Assembly: GCA_934131695.1 (NCBI GenBank)
Contig: CAKOZV010000001.1
Span: forward strand, 74,060 to 138,059
Source: an uncultured Bacilli bacterium
GTDB taxonomy: Bacteria; Bacillota_I; Bacilli_A; RF39; UBA660
Length of the DNA stretch: 64,000 bases
Reading direction: 5' to 3'
Below, one piece after another: positions 10,403 to 19,832 of the stretch (position 1 is the first letter of the stretch; each line of letters starts with the position of its first letter). The position numbers and the translations under genes were made by a program. Below the pieces are notes generated by a model, which saw nothing but the letters and a program-made list of their open reading frames with translations, made no database searches and was not told the DNA's origin.

Positions 10403-10585
10403 ATGAAAGTAAAAATATTTGATTTTGAAGATGAAAGTGATTTAGAAGATGCAATAAACAACTTTTTGAGAGAATTAGAAGGGGATGTAATAGAAATTAA
10501 ATATCAAGTTAGTTCTTTTCCTAGTGGTGAAGAACAAATCTATTGTTTTTCTGCTATGATTATTTATTTTTATAAACAGACTTAA
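10403..10585 (+). CDS. Cse60-like small protein
   Basis: MKVKIFDFEDESDLEDAINNFL...IEIKYQVS...YCFSAMIIY matches my recollection of the B. subtilis Cse60/YteV family. Confidence 0.55.
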   Translation: MKVKIFDFEDESDLEDAINNFLRELEGDVIEIKYQVSSFPSGEEQIYCFSAMIIYFYKQT

Positions 10586-11819
10586 CACCATAATAAAGAG
10601 GAAAGTATTTCTTATATTTTTTATAACTGTTTAAATCTATTGGATAATCAAACTCACCAATATGTTCAAATAATTTAGCTCCAAAGTTTTGTTTAAAGAA
10701 GAACCCACCATCATTTATATCTTTTACTTCATAAAAATTATAAGACCTATAGCCATATTCAATAGCTTTTTTAAGCATCTTAAAGTGAATAGAATAAGAT
10801 ACATCTAAATCAATATATTCATCATCCATTCCTCCAATTAGAGCGGTAATTTCTTTTCCATACATCAAGAATAAGTATCCCCCTAAGAAAATCTTATCAT
10901 TATCTGTTTTTTCCTTTAGGGATAAATAATACTTTCTTCGCTTATTTATAATATTAATCTGTTCTTTATAGCCAAGTTCCTTCTCAATAAAAGTTTCCTC
11001 TGTTAATTGATTATTTTTATATAGACCTATTCTTTTTTCTTTTTCTATTTGTAATACTTTTTCTTCTTTCTTAAGATTATTAAGAGTAGTATTTAAATCA
11101 AGTTCAGCAATCATTATTTTTAAATGTTCACTAGTAAAAGAATTAGCTAAATCTTCATAAAAAGGAAGTTCATATTCAATAGTATTAAACTTACTACTAA
11201 TCTTATCCATTGTTTTAATAAAGATAGGTAATTCATCTTGCTTTAGTTCTCTTACAATGTAACCAAGTCTTTCATTTCTTTTAAGAATTTGTCTAGCTTT
11301 TTTTGACATATTATTTAATATATCATTAAGGCTTTTGTTAGTTAAATCAAGTTTCATCGTATATTTAGGATTAATAGTGTTATTATCAGTTTCAATAAAA
11401 CCTAGTTTTAATAAATAATCTTTTATAAATAAATTATTTATACCACCTTGCAATTCTTTACCATCCTCATCTTTCTCAGTGGTTAATATTTCAGGATCTA
11501 TTTTTAGATAGATACCATTTTTTTCCTTAACAAAGTTAATTACTTCTTTAGTAAATATTTCTAATAAATCATAATTTTTATAGTCGATTAAAAAACCTTG
11601 AGGAGCATAGAAAAATCTTTTCTTAATACTTTTATTTTCATTAGCTAAAAGTAAAGTGGCTCCTAACAATTTATTTTTATCTTCAAGACCTAAAAAATAA
11701 GAATGCCAATTCTCACCAATTTTAAAGTTAGCCCAATAAATACTTTGCTCAAAAGGGCATATTTCTAGGTAATTAATAAATTCATTAAATTCTGTTTTAG
11801 AAAGTTCTACAAGTTTCAT
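10560..11819 (-). CDS. FemAB-family peptidoglycan interpeptide-bridge aminoacyltransferase
   Basis: 419 aa with two GNAT-like lobes split by a coiled-coil insert, the typical FemX/FemA layout. Paralogous to 13559..14767. Confidence 0.8.
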   Translation of the reverse strand: MKLVELSKTEFNEFINYLEICPFEQSIYWANFKIGENWHSYFLGLEDKNKLLGATLLLANENKSIKKRFFYAPQGFLIDYKNYDLLEIFTKEVINFVKEKNGIYLKIDPEILTTEKDEDGKELQGGINNLFIKDYLLKLGFIETDNNTINPKYTMKLDLTNKSLNDILNNMSKKARQILKRNERLGYIVRELKQDELPIFIKTMDKISSKFNTIEYELPFYEDLANSFTSEHLKIMIAELDLNTTLNNLKKEEKVLQIEKEKRIGLYKNNQLTEETFIEKELGYKEQINIINKRRKYYLSLKEKTDNDKIFLGGYLFLMYGKEITALIGGMDDEYIDLDVSYSIHFKMLKKAIEYGYRSYNFYEVKDINDGGFFFKQNFGAKLFEHIGEFDYPIDLNSYKKYKKYFPLYYGVKSVYKNK

Positions 11820-11906
11820 TTTATCACCCCACCTTAAACTAATTATACTTGATTCTTTAACTTAGTGCAAGATTATGATATGATTATATAGGAAAGTGGT
11901 GAATAT

Positions 11907-13559
11907 ATGCGAAAGAAAGAATTAAAACAAAACTCCTTTCTAAATGGAGCTTTTGTAGCAACCATGGGAATAGTTATTACTAAAGTGTTAGGTATGCTTT
12001 ACGTAATCCCGTTTTATGCAATTATTGGTGAACAAGGTGGAGCACTATATGGATATGCCTATACTATCTACTTGCTATTTCAGTCCTTATCTTGTGCTGG
12101 TATTCCTAATGCTATTTCTAAAATAATTAGTGAGTATCAAACTTTAGGTTATAGTAAAGCGAAAGAAAAAGCCTTTAAGATAGGTAGAAGACTAGCTATC
12201 TTCATGGGAATATTTGTTTTTATTATCTTATTCTTATTTGCTCCAATTATAGCAAAGGCAATTATTGGCGATTTAACAGGAGGTAACACATTAAGTGATG
12301 TAACTTATGTTATTAGAGTAATTGCCACAGCTATATTAGTAGTACCAATCTTAAGTATTTATAGAGGTTATTTAGAAGGTCATAAGTTTATAACTCCAAC
12401 AGCTATTTCCCAAGTGGTAGAACAAGTAGCTCGTATTGTGGTTATTATAGCTGGCTCATATGCTGCTTTAAATGTATTTCATTTATCTTTGACAACAGCA
12501 GTAGGAGTAGCAACTTTTGGAGCAACAGCTGGTGCATTAGTTGGTTATTTATATCTACTTGATAAGGTATTTAAACATAAGAAGGAAATAAATAATATAA
12601 CTGAAGTAAAAGAAGAACCAGTTATTTCTACTAAAGAAATATTAGGAAAGATATTCTTCTATGCCTTACCATTCATTATGATAGATGTCTTCAAATCAGC
12701 CTATAACTTTGTTGATATGACCACCCTTGTTAAGACTTTGGTTCATTCAGCAGGTTATACTACAGTAGCGGCAGAAAACTCTATGAGTGTAATTTCTACT
12801 TGGGGAAATAAACTTAATATGATAATTGTCTCTATTTCTACAGGTATAATTATAAGTCTAATACCTAACCTTACTTCATCATCTGTTAAAGGTGATAAAA
12901 AAGATGTTCATCATAAGATTAATCAAACCTTACAAATATTGCTATTCCTATCAGTACCAATGACTATAGGTCTATCATTCTTATCAAAACCAGTTTGGGA
13001 TGTATTCTATGGAAATAGATCAGCAGTAGGGGCAGAAATTATGGCATACTATATCTTTGTTGCTTTAATAATTTCTACTTATACAGCTTTAGTATCTATC
13101 GTACAAGTCTTAAAATATTATAAAGAAGTGTTTATTTCTCTATTTGCTGGTGTGCTAATCAAAGCTTTAACTAATGTTTATTTAATTAAAACATTCTATG
13201 GACTAGGACTTCAACCAGTATATGGTTCCATAACTGCTACTATTTTAGGTTATTTAGTAGGGATAGTCTTATGCCTTTACTACTTAAAAAAGAAATGTGG
13301 AGTTAGTTATAAACCGACTATTAGAATTATTGGAAAGATTGTTATCGCTGATATCTTTATGATACTTTCCTTATTCCTAGTTAAATTCGTAGTACCAATT
13401 TCCTCATCTATAAGACTTTTAAATATTCCAATTATTTTAGTTTATACTATTATAGGAGCAGGGGTTTATTTATTAGCATCTTATAAATCAGGTGTTGTTG
13501 AAGAAGTATTAGGTAGTAAAATGTTAGCTAAAATTAAAAGAAAGGTGGCTAAAAAATAA
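11907..13559 (+). CDS. MOP-superfamily flippase (MurJ/YtgP/SpoVB-like)
   Basis: 550 aa with about 14 TM segments. The N-terminal FLNGAFVATMGIVITKVLGMLYVIPF is typical of polysaccharide-biosynthesis/lipid II flippases. Confidence 0.8.
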   Translation: MRKKELKQNSFLNGAFVATMGIVITKVLGMLYVIPFYAIIGEQGGALYGYAYTIYLLFQSLSCAGIPNAISKIISEYQTLGYSKAKEKAFKIGRRLAIFMGIFVFIILFLFAPIIAKAIIGDLTGGNTLSDVTYVIRVIATAILVVPILSIYRGYLEGHKFITPTAISQVVEQVARIVVIIAGSYAALNVFHLSLTTAVGVATFGATAGALVGYLYLLDKVFKHKKEINNITEVKEEPVISTKEILGKIFFYALPFIMIDVFKSAYNFVDMTTLVKTLVHSAGYTTVAAENSMSVISTWGNKLNMIIVSISTGIIISLIPNLTSSSVKGDKKDVHHKINQTLQILLFLSVPMTIGLSFLSKPVWDVFYGNRSAVGAEIMAYYIFVALIISTYTALVSIVQVLKYYKEVFISLFAGVLIKALTNVYLIKTFYGLGLQPVYGSITATILGYLVGIVLCLYYLKKKCGVSYKPTIRIIGKIVIADIFMILSLFLVKFVVPISSSIRLLNIPIILVYTIIGAGVYLLASYKSGVVEEVLGSKMLAKIKRKVAKK

Positions 13560-14767
13560 TGCTAGAAGAATTAACTGAAAAAGAGTTTCAAGACTTTTCA
13601 AAAAAACACCCATTAAGAAATTTTATGGAAACAGTAGAAATAGGTAATCTTAGGAGGAAAAATGGTTGGACTGTTAAATATATTGGCCTTAAAGAAAAGA
13701 AAAAAATAGTAGGAGCAACAATGCTTCTTTCTAGGAAAAGACATTTTAATATGAATGAATTTTATGCTTTAAGAGGGCCACTACTTGATTATAGTAATGA
13801 TAATCAGGTAGAAACATTTTTGAAAGAGTTGAAAGACTATGTTAAAAAGAATAATGGTTACTGTCTAAGGATTGATCCGTACCTTCCTATTAGAAGATAT
13901 GATAATGATAAAGAACTAGAAGTTCCAAAGACAAACATACTTAAAATACTTGAAACATTAAAGTTTAAGAAAAGTGAAAAACAAGAACAAGTTTCTTCTA
14001 TGTATGTCCTTGATTTGGAAGGGAAAAGTGAAGATGATGTTTTAAAGGAAATGAAACCTAATACTAGAAATATTATTCGTAAGAATATTAAAACAGGTAT
14101 TGAGGTGTCAGAATTAAAAAAAGATGAGTTAGAAAACTTCTATGAGATAATGCTTGAAACGGGTAAACGTAAAGGATTTAGAGTAAGAAACATTGCTTAT
14201 TATGAAAATATGTATGATTTATTTTCTAAGAAAAAAGAAATTAAGTATTTAGTTACTAGACTAGATCTTAACAGGTATATCAGTTTATTAAATGAAGAAA
14301 TAGAAGAAAATACTAAAAAGAAAGAAGCTTTATCTGATTCTAGATGTAATGATGGTAAGAGAAAGAGTTTTGATGAGACTATTAATTCATTAAAGAAAAA
14401 GGTAGATATAGCCAAACAGCAAAAAAAAGAAAAAGGATTATCAATTATTACACTTGCTGGATCTATGTTTATTATGACTGATCCAGAAATAGTTTATCTA
14501 TCTAGTGGTAATTATGAAAAATATTTAATGTATAATTCCCAGTATTTGATTCAGTGGGAAATGATTAAGTATGCAATAGAACATGGCTATAAAAGATACA
14601 ATTTCTATGGTACACCTACAACTAATAAAGATGATAAAACTTATGGTATTTATCAGTTTAAAGCCAGCTTTAATGGATATATGGAAGAATTATTAGGCGA
14701 ATATGAAGTTGGTACATCTTTAGTTTATTATCTTGTAAAACTAATTCATAAAATAAAAAAGTCATAG
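13559..14767 (+). CDS. FemAB-family aminoacyltransferase
   Basis: 402 aa with the same architecture as 10560..11819. The start overlaps the flippase stop (TAATG). Confidence 0.8.
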   Translation: MLEELTEKEFQDFSKKHPLRNFMETVEIGNLRRKNGWTVKYIGLKEKKKIVGATMLLSRKRHFNMNEFYALRGPLLDYSNDNQVETFLKELKDYVKKNNGYCLRIDPYLPIRRYDNDKELEVPKTNILKILETLKFKKSEKQEQVSSMYVLDLEGKSEDDVLKEMKPNTRNIIRKNIKTGIEVSELKKDELENFYEIMLETGKRKGFRVRNIAYYENMYDLFSKKKEIKYLVTRLDLNRYISLLNEEIEENTKKKEALSDSRCNDGKRKSFDETINSLKKKVDIAKQQKKEKGLSIITLAGSMFIMTDPEIVYLSSGNYEKYLMYNSQYLIQWEMIKYAIEHGYKRYNFYGTPTTNKDDKTYGIYQFKASFNGYMEELLGEYEVGTSLVYYLVKLIHKIKKS

Positions 14768-14773
14768 ATTATT

Positions 14774-15523
14774 CTATGGCTTTTGTGTTGTATCAGTTTG
14801 CGTTGTTGTGCTTTGACTAGGCACAGTAGTTACTGTTCCATCAGTAGTAGACTTATCTTTATTATCAGTAGTAGTATTATCACCAGTTGATAAGATATTA
14901 TTTTCTTGATCTTCTGTTACTGTAATATTAGCTGTATAAATACTATTATTATAAGTTACTGTATATTGATAAGTTCCAGGTTTATTAATATCAACTTCAG
15001 AAAAATTGAATTTTAACAAAGCTTTGATTTCATCAGTTAAAGGATTAGGCTCAGTAATATAATCAGCTGGATTAGTTGATAGAGCAGTTCCTTTCTTAAT
15101 AGTAAATGATTTTATTGATATAGTATCAACTTGATTAGTAGGAGCTATTTTTTCAATTACTTTTATAGTACCTTCAAACTCTTTCTTTTTATAATAAACC
15201 TTGTATTTATAAGTACCTACTTCTTTAACATTAACACTACTAGTGTCAAGTTTTAAATTAGCTAATACCTCATCACTAACCGTTTCATCTAAATAATCGG
15301 CTATTTTTATACTAAGTGGTGTATTAGTTTCAATCTCAAAGTTTTTAAGCTTTATATTAAAATCAGCTTTCTCATTATCTTGCATTTTCTGTGATACCAC
15401 TAGTGCAATAGTCTGATTATTACTCTCTTGATCTAATTTGGAATAAAGGCATCCACATGAGATACAAAGTATTCCTAATAGGGTAAAAGAAGAAACGACT
15501 ATTAAACGGATTTTCTTATCCAT
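14774..15523 (-). CDS. Membrane-anchored protein with two ~70-aa internal repeats and a T/Q-rich tail
   Basis: N-terminal TM. Two related modules (..VGTYKYKVYYKKKEFEGTIKV.. / ..PGTYQYTVTYNNSIYTANITV..) look like Ig-like domains. Confidence 0.5.
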   Translation of the reverse strand: MDKKIRLIVVSSFTLLGILCISCGCLYSKLDQESNNQTIALVVSQKMQDNEKADFNIKLKNFEIETNTPLSIKIADYLDETVSDEVLANLKLDTSSVNVKEVGTYKYKVYYKKKEFEGTIKVIEKIAPTNQVDTISIKSFTIKKGTALSTNPADYITEPNPLTDEIKALLKFNFSEVDINKPGTYQYTVTYNNSIYTANITVTEDQENNILSTGDNTTTDNKDKSTTDGTVTTVPSQSTTTQTDTTQKP

Positions 15524-15607
15524 TTATAATCCCACCTTTTCTATCTTATTTACATTATATGATAGATTTTTTTCTGTGGCAAGTAAAAAATCTAATTCTT
15601 TTTGGAA

Positions 15608-16543
15608 TTAGACATTGTCGCCTTGATAGATATTATCTTTTACCATCTTTTTATCTATCTCATTTAAAACTTCAAATTTCTTTAAAAGCCAAGTAGGTTC
15701 TATTAAATCTTCCTTTTTAGGATCCCCGGTTATTCTATGAATTACTATCTCTTTTCTTAAATAAGTTAATTGTTTTACGGTGATATTTACATATTCATCT
15801 CTTGTTAATACTTTGAAAGGATGATTTTTATACATTATTTCTAGCGGAGTATCCTTTAGAATATGAAGCATATGTATTTTTATCCCTTGTATATCTAATT
15901 TGTTTAAATATTTAACGGTATTTAGCATATCTCTTTCAGTCTCATAAGGTAATCCATTTATGATGTGGATAACGACATTAATATTTCTAGCTCTTAATTT
16001 TTTTACCATGGATTCAAACTCTTCAACAGTTTCGCCTCTATTAATTAACTTTAAAGTTTCTTTCTTACTAGATTGTAATCCAAGCTCTACTTGTAAATAA
16101 CATCTTTTACTAATTGACTCTAAATAGTCAAGACACGGATCACTTATAGAATCACTTCTAGTAGCAATGGCAAGTCCTACACAGTCTTTATGATTTATAA
16201 ATGGCTCAAAGTAACTCTTTAAAATATCAACACTAGCATAAGTATTAGTCCTTGCTTGAAAGTAAGCAATAAATTTAGCATTAGGCCACTTGCTTTGCAT
16301 CATCTTTTTACCTTTGATAAATTGTAACATTAAACTGTCGTTTATGTCACCAGCAAAGTCACCACTACCAGACTTAGAACAAAAAATACAACCACCATAA
16401 CTTTTTTTACCATCAATATTAGGACAAGAAAAGTTAGCATTTAAACTAACTTTAGCAATTTTACAACCAAACTTATGTTGATAAAAGTAAGTTAAAGTAT
16501 GATATCTTTTATTATCAATGGTGTAAGGAAACTTATTCTCCAT
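15608..16543 (-). CDS. TIGR01212-family radical SAM protein (YhcC-like)
   Basis: CPNIDGKKSYGGCIFCS cluster motif and overall YhcC-like length. The ATG at 16543 is preferred to the GTG at 16552; either overlaps the end of the patatin gene. Confidence 0.8.
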   Translation of the reverse strand: MENKFPYTIDNKRYHTLTYFYQHKFGCKIAKVSLNANFSCPNIDGKKSYGGCIFCSKSGSGDFAGDINDSLMLQFIKGKKMMQSKWPNAKFIAYFQARTNTYASVDILKSYFEPFINHKDCVGLAIATRSDSISDPCLDYLESISKRCYLQVELGLQSSKKETLKLINRGETVEEFESMVKKLRARNINVVIHIINGLPYETERDMLNTVKYLNKLDIQGIKIHMLHILKDTPLEIMYKNHPFKVLTRDEYVNITVKQLTYLRKEIVIHRITGDPKKEDLIEPTWLLKKFEVLNEIDKKMVKDNIYQGDNV

Positions 16544-17687
16544 AACTAACACCCATATAAGATAATAATAAAGCTTGTTTATAATTTTTAGAAAAGAAAA
16601 TACTAAGAGCTTTATTTTCCTTCTTATTATTAGTTATATTTCTTAAGAAAAATAGTGTTATTAATTTAGAGTTAACAGCTTTAGATATTTTTTTACTCTT
16701 AATTTGTTTTTCAATTTCTTTAGTTATTTTTTCACAGGAATTAGTTTTATCTTTTATTATTCTAAAATAATTATTTAAATAGTAAATTGAGTCTTCTCTT
16801 AAATTAAACTCCTTACCAATATCTTCGATTAATTTCAACAATTGCTTTTTTGTTAGATTAGTATCTAATAATTCAGAAAGGATATTATTATTTCTTTCGT
16901 AAAATTTAATTATTTCATTTTTTTTAAATGTAAAGTAATCGCCATCTAATCTATCAAATGCTTTCATTGTGTCATTATAACCAAAATTCATATTTATTCT
17001 AGCTTGCTTACTATTAAAGTCTAAAAAGAAAGATATTTTATTCTTTGGCTTTATATAAGTTGCCTTTATATTTCCTTTTGGTAGTTTCTTTAGTCCTGGT
17101 GCTCTAAGATCAACGATTATAGCCTCTGTAGCACCTAATTCTATAGCAAGATTAACTGGCAAATTATCATAAAAACCGCCATCAATATATCTTTCACCAT
17201 CAATATTTTTCATTTGAAAAGCAGGATAACAAGTAGCAGAAGCCATTAAGTAATCAATAAGTTTATCCTCAGCAATATCTTTTTTGGAAATAACTAGAGG
17301 TTTCTTAGTAGAAAAGTTATAAGTAACTAAACCATAATTAATTCTTGAATTATAAAACTTTTTCTTATTAACACATTTATTGATGATATTTTCAATTTTC
17401 TTAATATCCATACCACCGTTTTTAATAAAGTTATCACCATAAAGTTTCAAAATATCAATTTTAGTATCATTTTTAGGTCCTTGTTCGAATAAATATTGAA
17501 GACTTAATTTATTCCAAATATATAAAGCCCTGAAATAGGTGTTTTGAGTCATAAGAGCTCCATTTAATGCCCCAATAGAGGTTCCTGTAACAATATCATA
17601 TTTAATATGCATTTTTCTAAGGGCTTTCCAAACTCCTATTTCATAACTACCTTTGCTTCCTCCACCTGATAGTACCACAGCACGCAT
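16533..17687 (-). CDS. Patatin-like phospholipase
   Basis: VVLSGGGSKGSYEIG oxyanion motif, GTSIG nucleophile elbow, and a DGG catalytic Asp motif. Confidence 0.85.
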   Translation of the reverse strand: MRAVVLSGGGSKGSYEIGVWKALRKMHIKYDIVTGTSIGALNGALMTQNTYFRALYIWNKLSLQYLFEQGPKNDTKIDILKLYGDNFIKNGGMDIKKIENIINKCVNKKKFYNSRINYGLVTYNFSTKKPLVISKKDIAEDKLIDYLMASATCYPAFQMKNIDGERYIDGGFYDNLPVNLAIELGATEAIIVDLRAPGLKKLPKGNIKATYIKPKNKISFFLDFNSKQARINMNFGYNDTMKAFDRLDGDYFTFKKNEIIKFYERNNNILSELLDTNLTKKQLLKLIEDIGKEFNLREDSIYYLNNYFRIIKDKTNSCEKITKEIEKQIKSKKISKAVNSKLITLFFLRNITNNKKENKALSIFFSKNYKQALLLSYMGVSYGE

Positions 17688-17909
17688 AAAACCACTCCTT
17701 TAAAATTTGCACTTATTATAACAGAAAGTAGGGCAAAAGTCCATTATTTAGAAGCATGTTAATTTAAATTTGACAAGGAAATTAAATAATGGTAGTCTAT
17801 TTTAGCGGAATTATTTCTATATACGATTACAATATGGATATAAAACCAATGATGAAAATATAAAAGAACTAAATAGTTTCTTTTTTTGTGTAAGAAAAGG
17901 AGTGATTGG

Positions 17910-18563
17910 ATGCAGTTTGGTTATGGAGATGCAGATTTAGGAAGATTAATTAAAGAATATGAAGTTATAAGTAATGATGAAATAGTTATTACTTTTTTAG
18001 ACGGTAGTAGGTATATTACTCCTAATACTAAAGAAAATGAAAAGAAGATACTAGAAACAATGTTACAACAAGCGAAAGAAAGAAATGAAAGTATAGATTT
18101 AGTTAGTAAAAAAAGTGATAGAGCAACTAATTTTGCTTTAATAAGCCTATTATTTTGTCTTGATATTACTAAGCCATATGATTCTATCACTGTGAAAACG
18201 CTTGGTTTAATGACTAAAATAACAGCTTTATGCTATTTTCTTTTTAAAGAAACAGATCGTTCAATTAGATTTGAAGAATACGAAAAGTATAATATTTATC
18301 TACAAAATAAAGATAAAATAGAAAGTTTAGATGAAATAGTAGTTTTTGCTGGAATAGATAATGATGATTTAGAACTTAATATAAATACGTTAGACTTGTA
18401 TAGTTTAAAAGAATTAAAGAGAATAAGAGCTAATATTAAAAAAGAGGAGACTTTTTCTTCTTTACCAAAAGATACTATAAAAATACTTAACAAGAGATTC
18501 CCTAATCATGTTTTTCAAAAGAGAAAAATGGATGAGACTCATCTAGAAGATAAAGTAAAGTAA
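17910..18563 (+). CDS. Hypothetical protein
   Basis: An AAGGAG RBS precedes the ATG at 17910. No recognisable motif. Confidence 0.45.
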   Translation: MQFGYGDADLGRLIKEYEVISNDEIVITFLDGSRYITPNTKENEKKILETMLQQAKERNESIDLVSKKSDRATNFALISLLFCLDITKPYDSITVKTLGLMTKITALCYFLFKETDRSIRFEEYEKYNIYLQNKDKIESLDEIVVFAGIDNDDLELNINTLDLYSLKELKRIRANIKKEETFSSLPKDTIKILNKRFPNHVFQKRKMDETHLEDKVK

Positions 18564-18660
18564 TAGAAAAATAAAAAACATTAATCAAGAAAATTGTCAA
18601 ATAGTATTGATGAGTTTTTTTGATTTTTGGTATAATTAATCTAAGAGTAGGTGGTAGTAA

Positions 18661-19791
18661 TTGAAAACTAAAAAATTAAAATTAAAAAAAGAAGTAACAG
18701 ACGTTGGTAAATATATATTGATTGGGTTAGTAATTTTAATCGCTATTTTCCTCTTTCTTTTTACGAAAAAAGTAAACCTACAAAAATTAGGATATAGTAA
18801 AAAAGCATCAAGTGTAATAGTTAGAAAACTAAAATGGAATAAGGTTAAAGAAGTTGGAAAAAATAAGACTTTAAATGCCGCTTTTGAAAGTAATGATTAT
18901 AAAGAAGAAAATTTTGACCATTATAAGAATATAGAGTATCAACCATTAAAGGATATAATTCCAAGTATTAATAACTTGATAAAGAAAGGTTATACCGATG
19001 GTCAGATATCTTTGATACTAGCAAGAGGCAATAATAGTGAAGTAAAAGAATTTGCTAAAAGAGGTAAAGTTAAATATTTAGATGAATTCTTTTCTGTAGA
19101 TTATTCGCATCTATCTAAATATGATAGATATGTAGCTTATCAAAATAGGGAAAATGATACTGCTGATATTACTGTTTTAAATGTTGAACTTGACTTTGAT
19201 AAGGATGAATATCAAGATGTAGAAGTGATTGATAAGTTTTCTCCTAATGTTTTAGTTAATAAACATCATCAGTTAAGTAGTAAGTATGTACCAAAAGATT
19301 TAATAAACTTTCAAAGTGATGATGTAAAAGGTACTAGTAAGATAAGAGCTAATAAAGAAGTAGTAAATGCTTTTCATAAGATGCGGGAAGCGGCTAAAGA
19401 AGATGGTAAAGATATAGTAGTAAACTCAGGCTATAGAAGTTATGCAGACCAAGAAGAGACTGTCTCTTACTATCAAAATGCTTATGGTGATAGTTATGTG
19501 GAAAAAAATATTGCTAAAGCAGGGTACTCTGAACATCAAACAGGAATGTCTATAGATGTAGCTAGTAAAAATACTACTGTCTTTACTGATAGTGAAGAAT
19601 ATACTTGGATGATGGAAAATGCTTATAAGTATGGATTTATCTTACGTTATCCAAAATCTAAAGAAGATGTAACACTATATAAATGTGAACCATGGCATTA
19701 TCGCTATGTTGGTACTAAAATAGCTAGTTATATAAAGAAAAATAATATAACTTATGATGAATACTATGTTATGTTTTTACAACAAGACTGA
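18661..19791 (+). CDS. D-alanyl-D-alanine carboxypeptidase, VanY/M15B family, membrane anchored
   Basis: SGYRSYADQ, SEHQTGMSIDV and EPWHYRYVG metal/catalytic motifs. TTG start after an AGGTGG RBS. Confidence 0.85.
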   Translation: MKTKKLKLKKEVTDVGKYILIGLVILIAIFLFLFTKKVNLQKLGYSKKASSVIVRKLKWNKVKEVGKNKTLNAAFESNDYKEENFDHYKNIEYQPLKDIIPSINNLIKKGYTDGQISLILARGNNSEVKEFAKRGKVKYLDEFFSVDYSHLSKYDRYVAYQNRENDTADITVLNVELDFDKDEYQDVEVIDKFSPNVLVNKHHQLSSKYVPKDLINFQSDDVKGTSKIRANKEVVNAFHKMREAAKEDGKDIVVNSGYRSYADQEETVSYYQNAYGDSYVEKNIAKAGYSEHQTGMSIDVASKNTTVFTDSEEYTWMMENAYKYGFILRYPKSKEDVTLYKCEPWHYRYVGTKIASYIKKNNITYDEYYVMFLQQD

Positions 19792-19832
19792 TTTGTGTTA
19801 TTATAAAATAAAGAATAGAAAGGATGATATAA

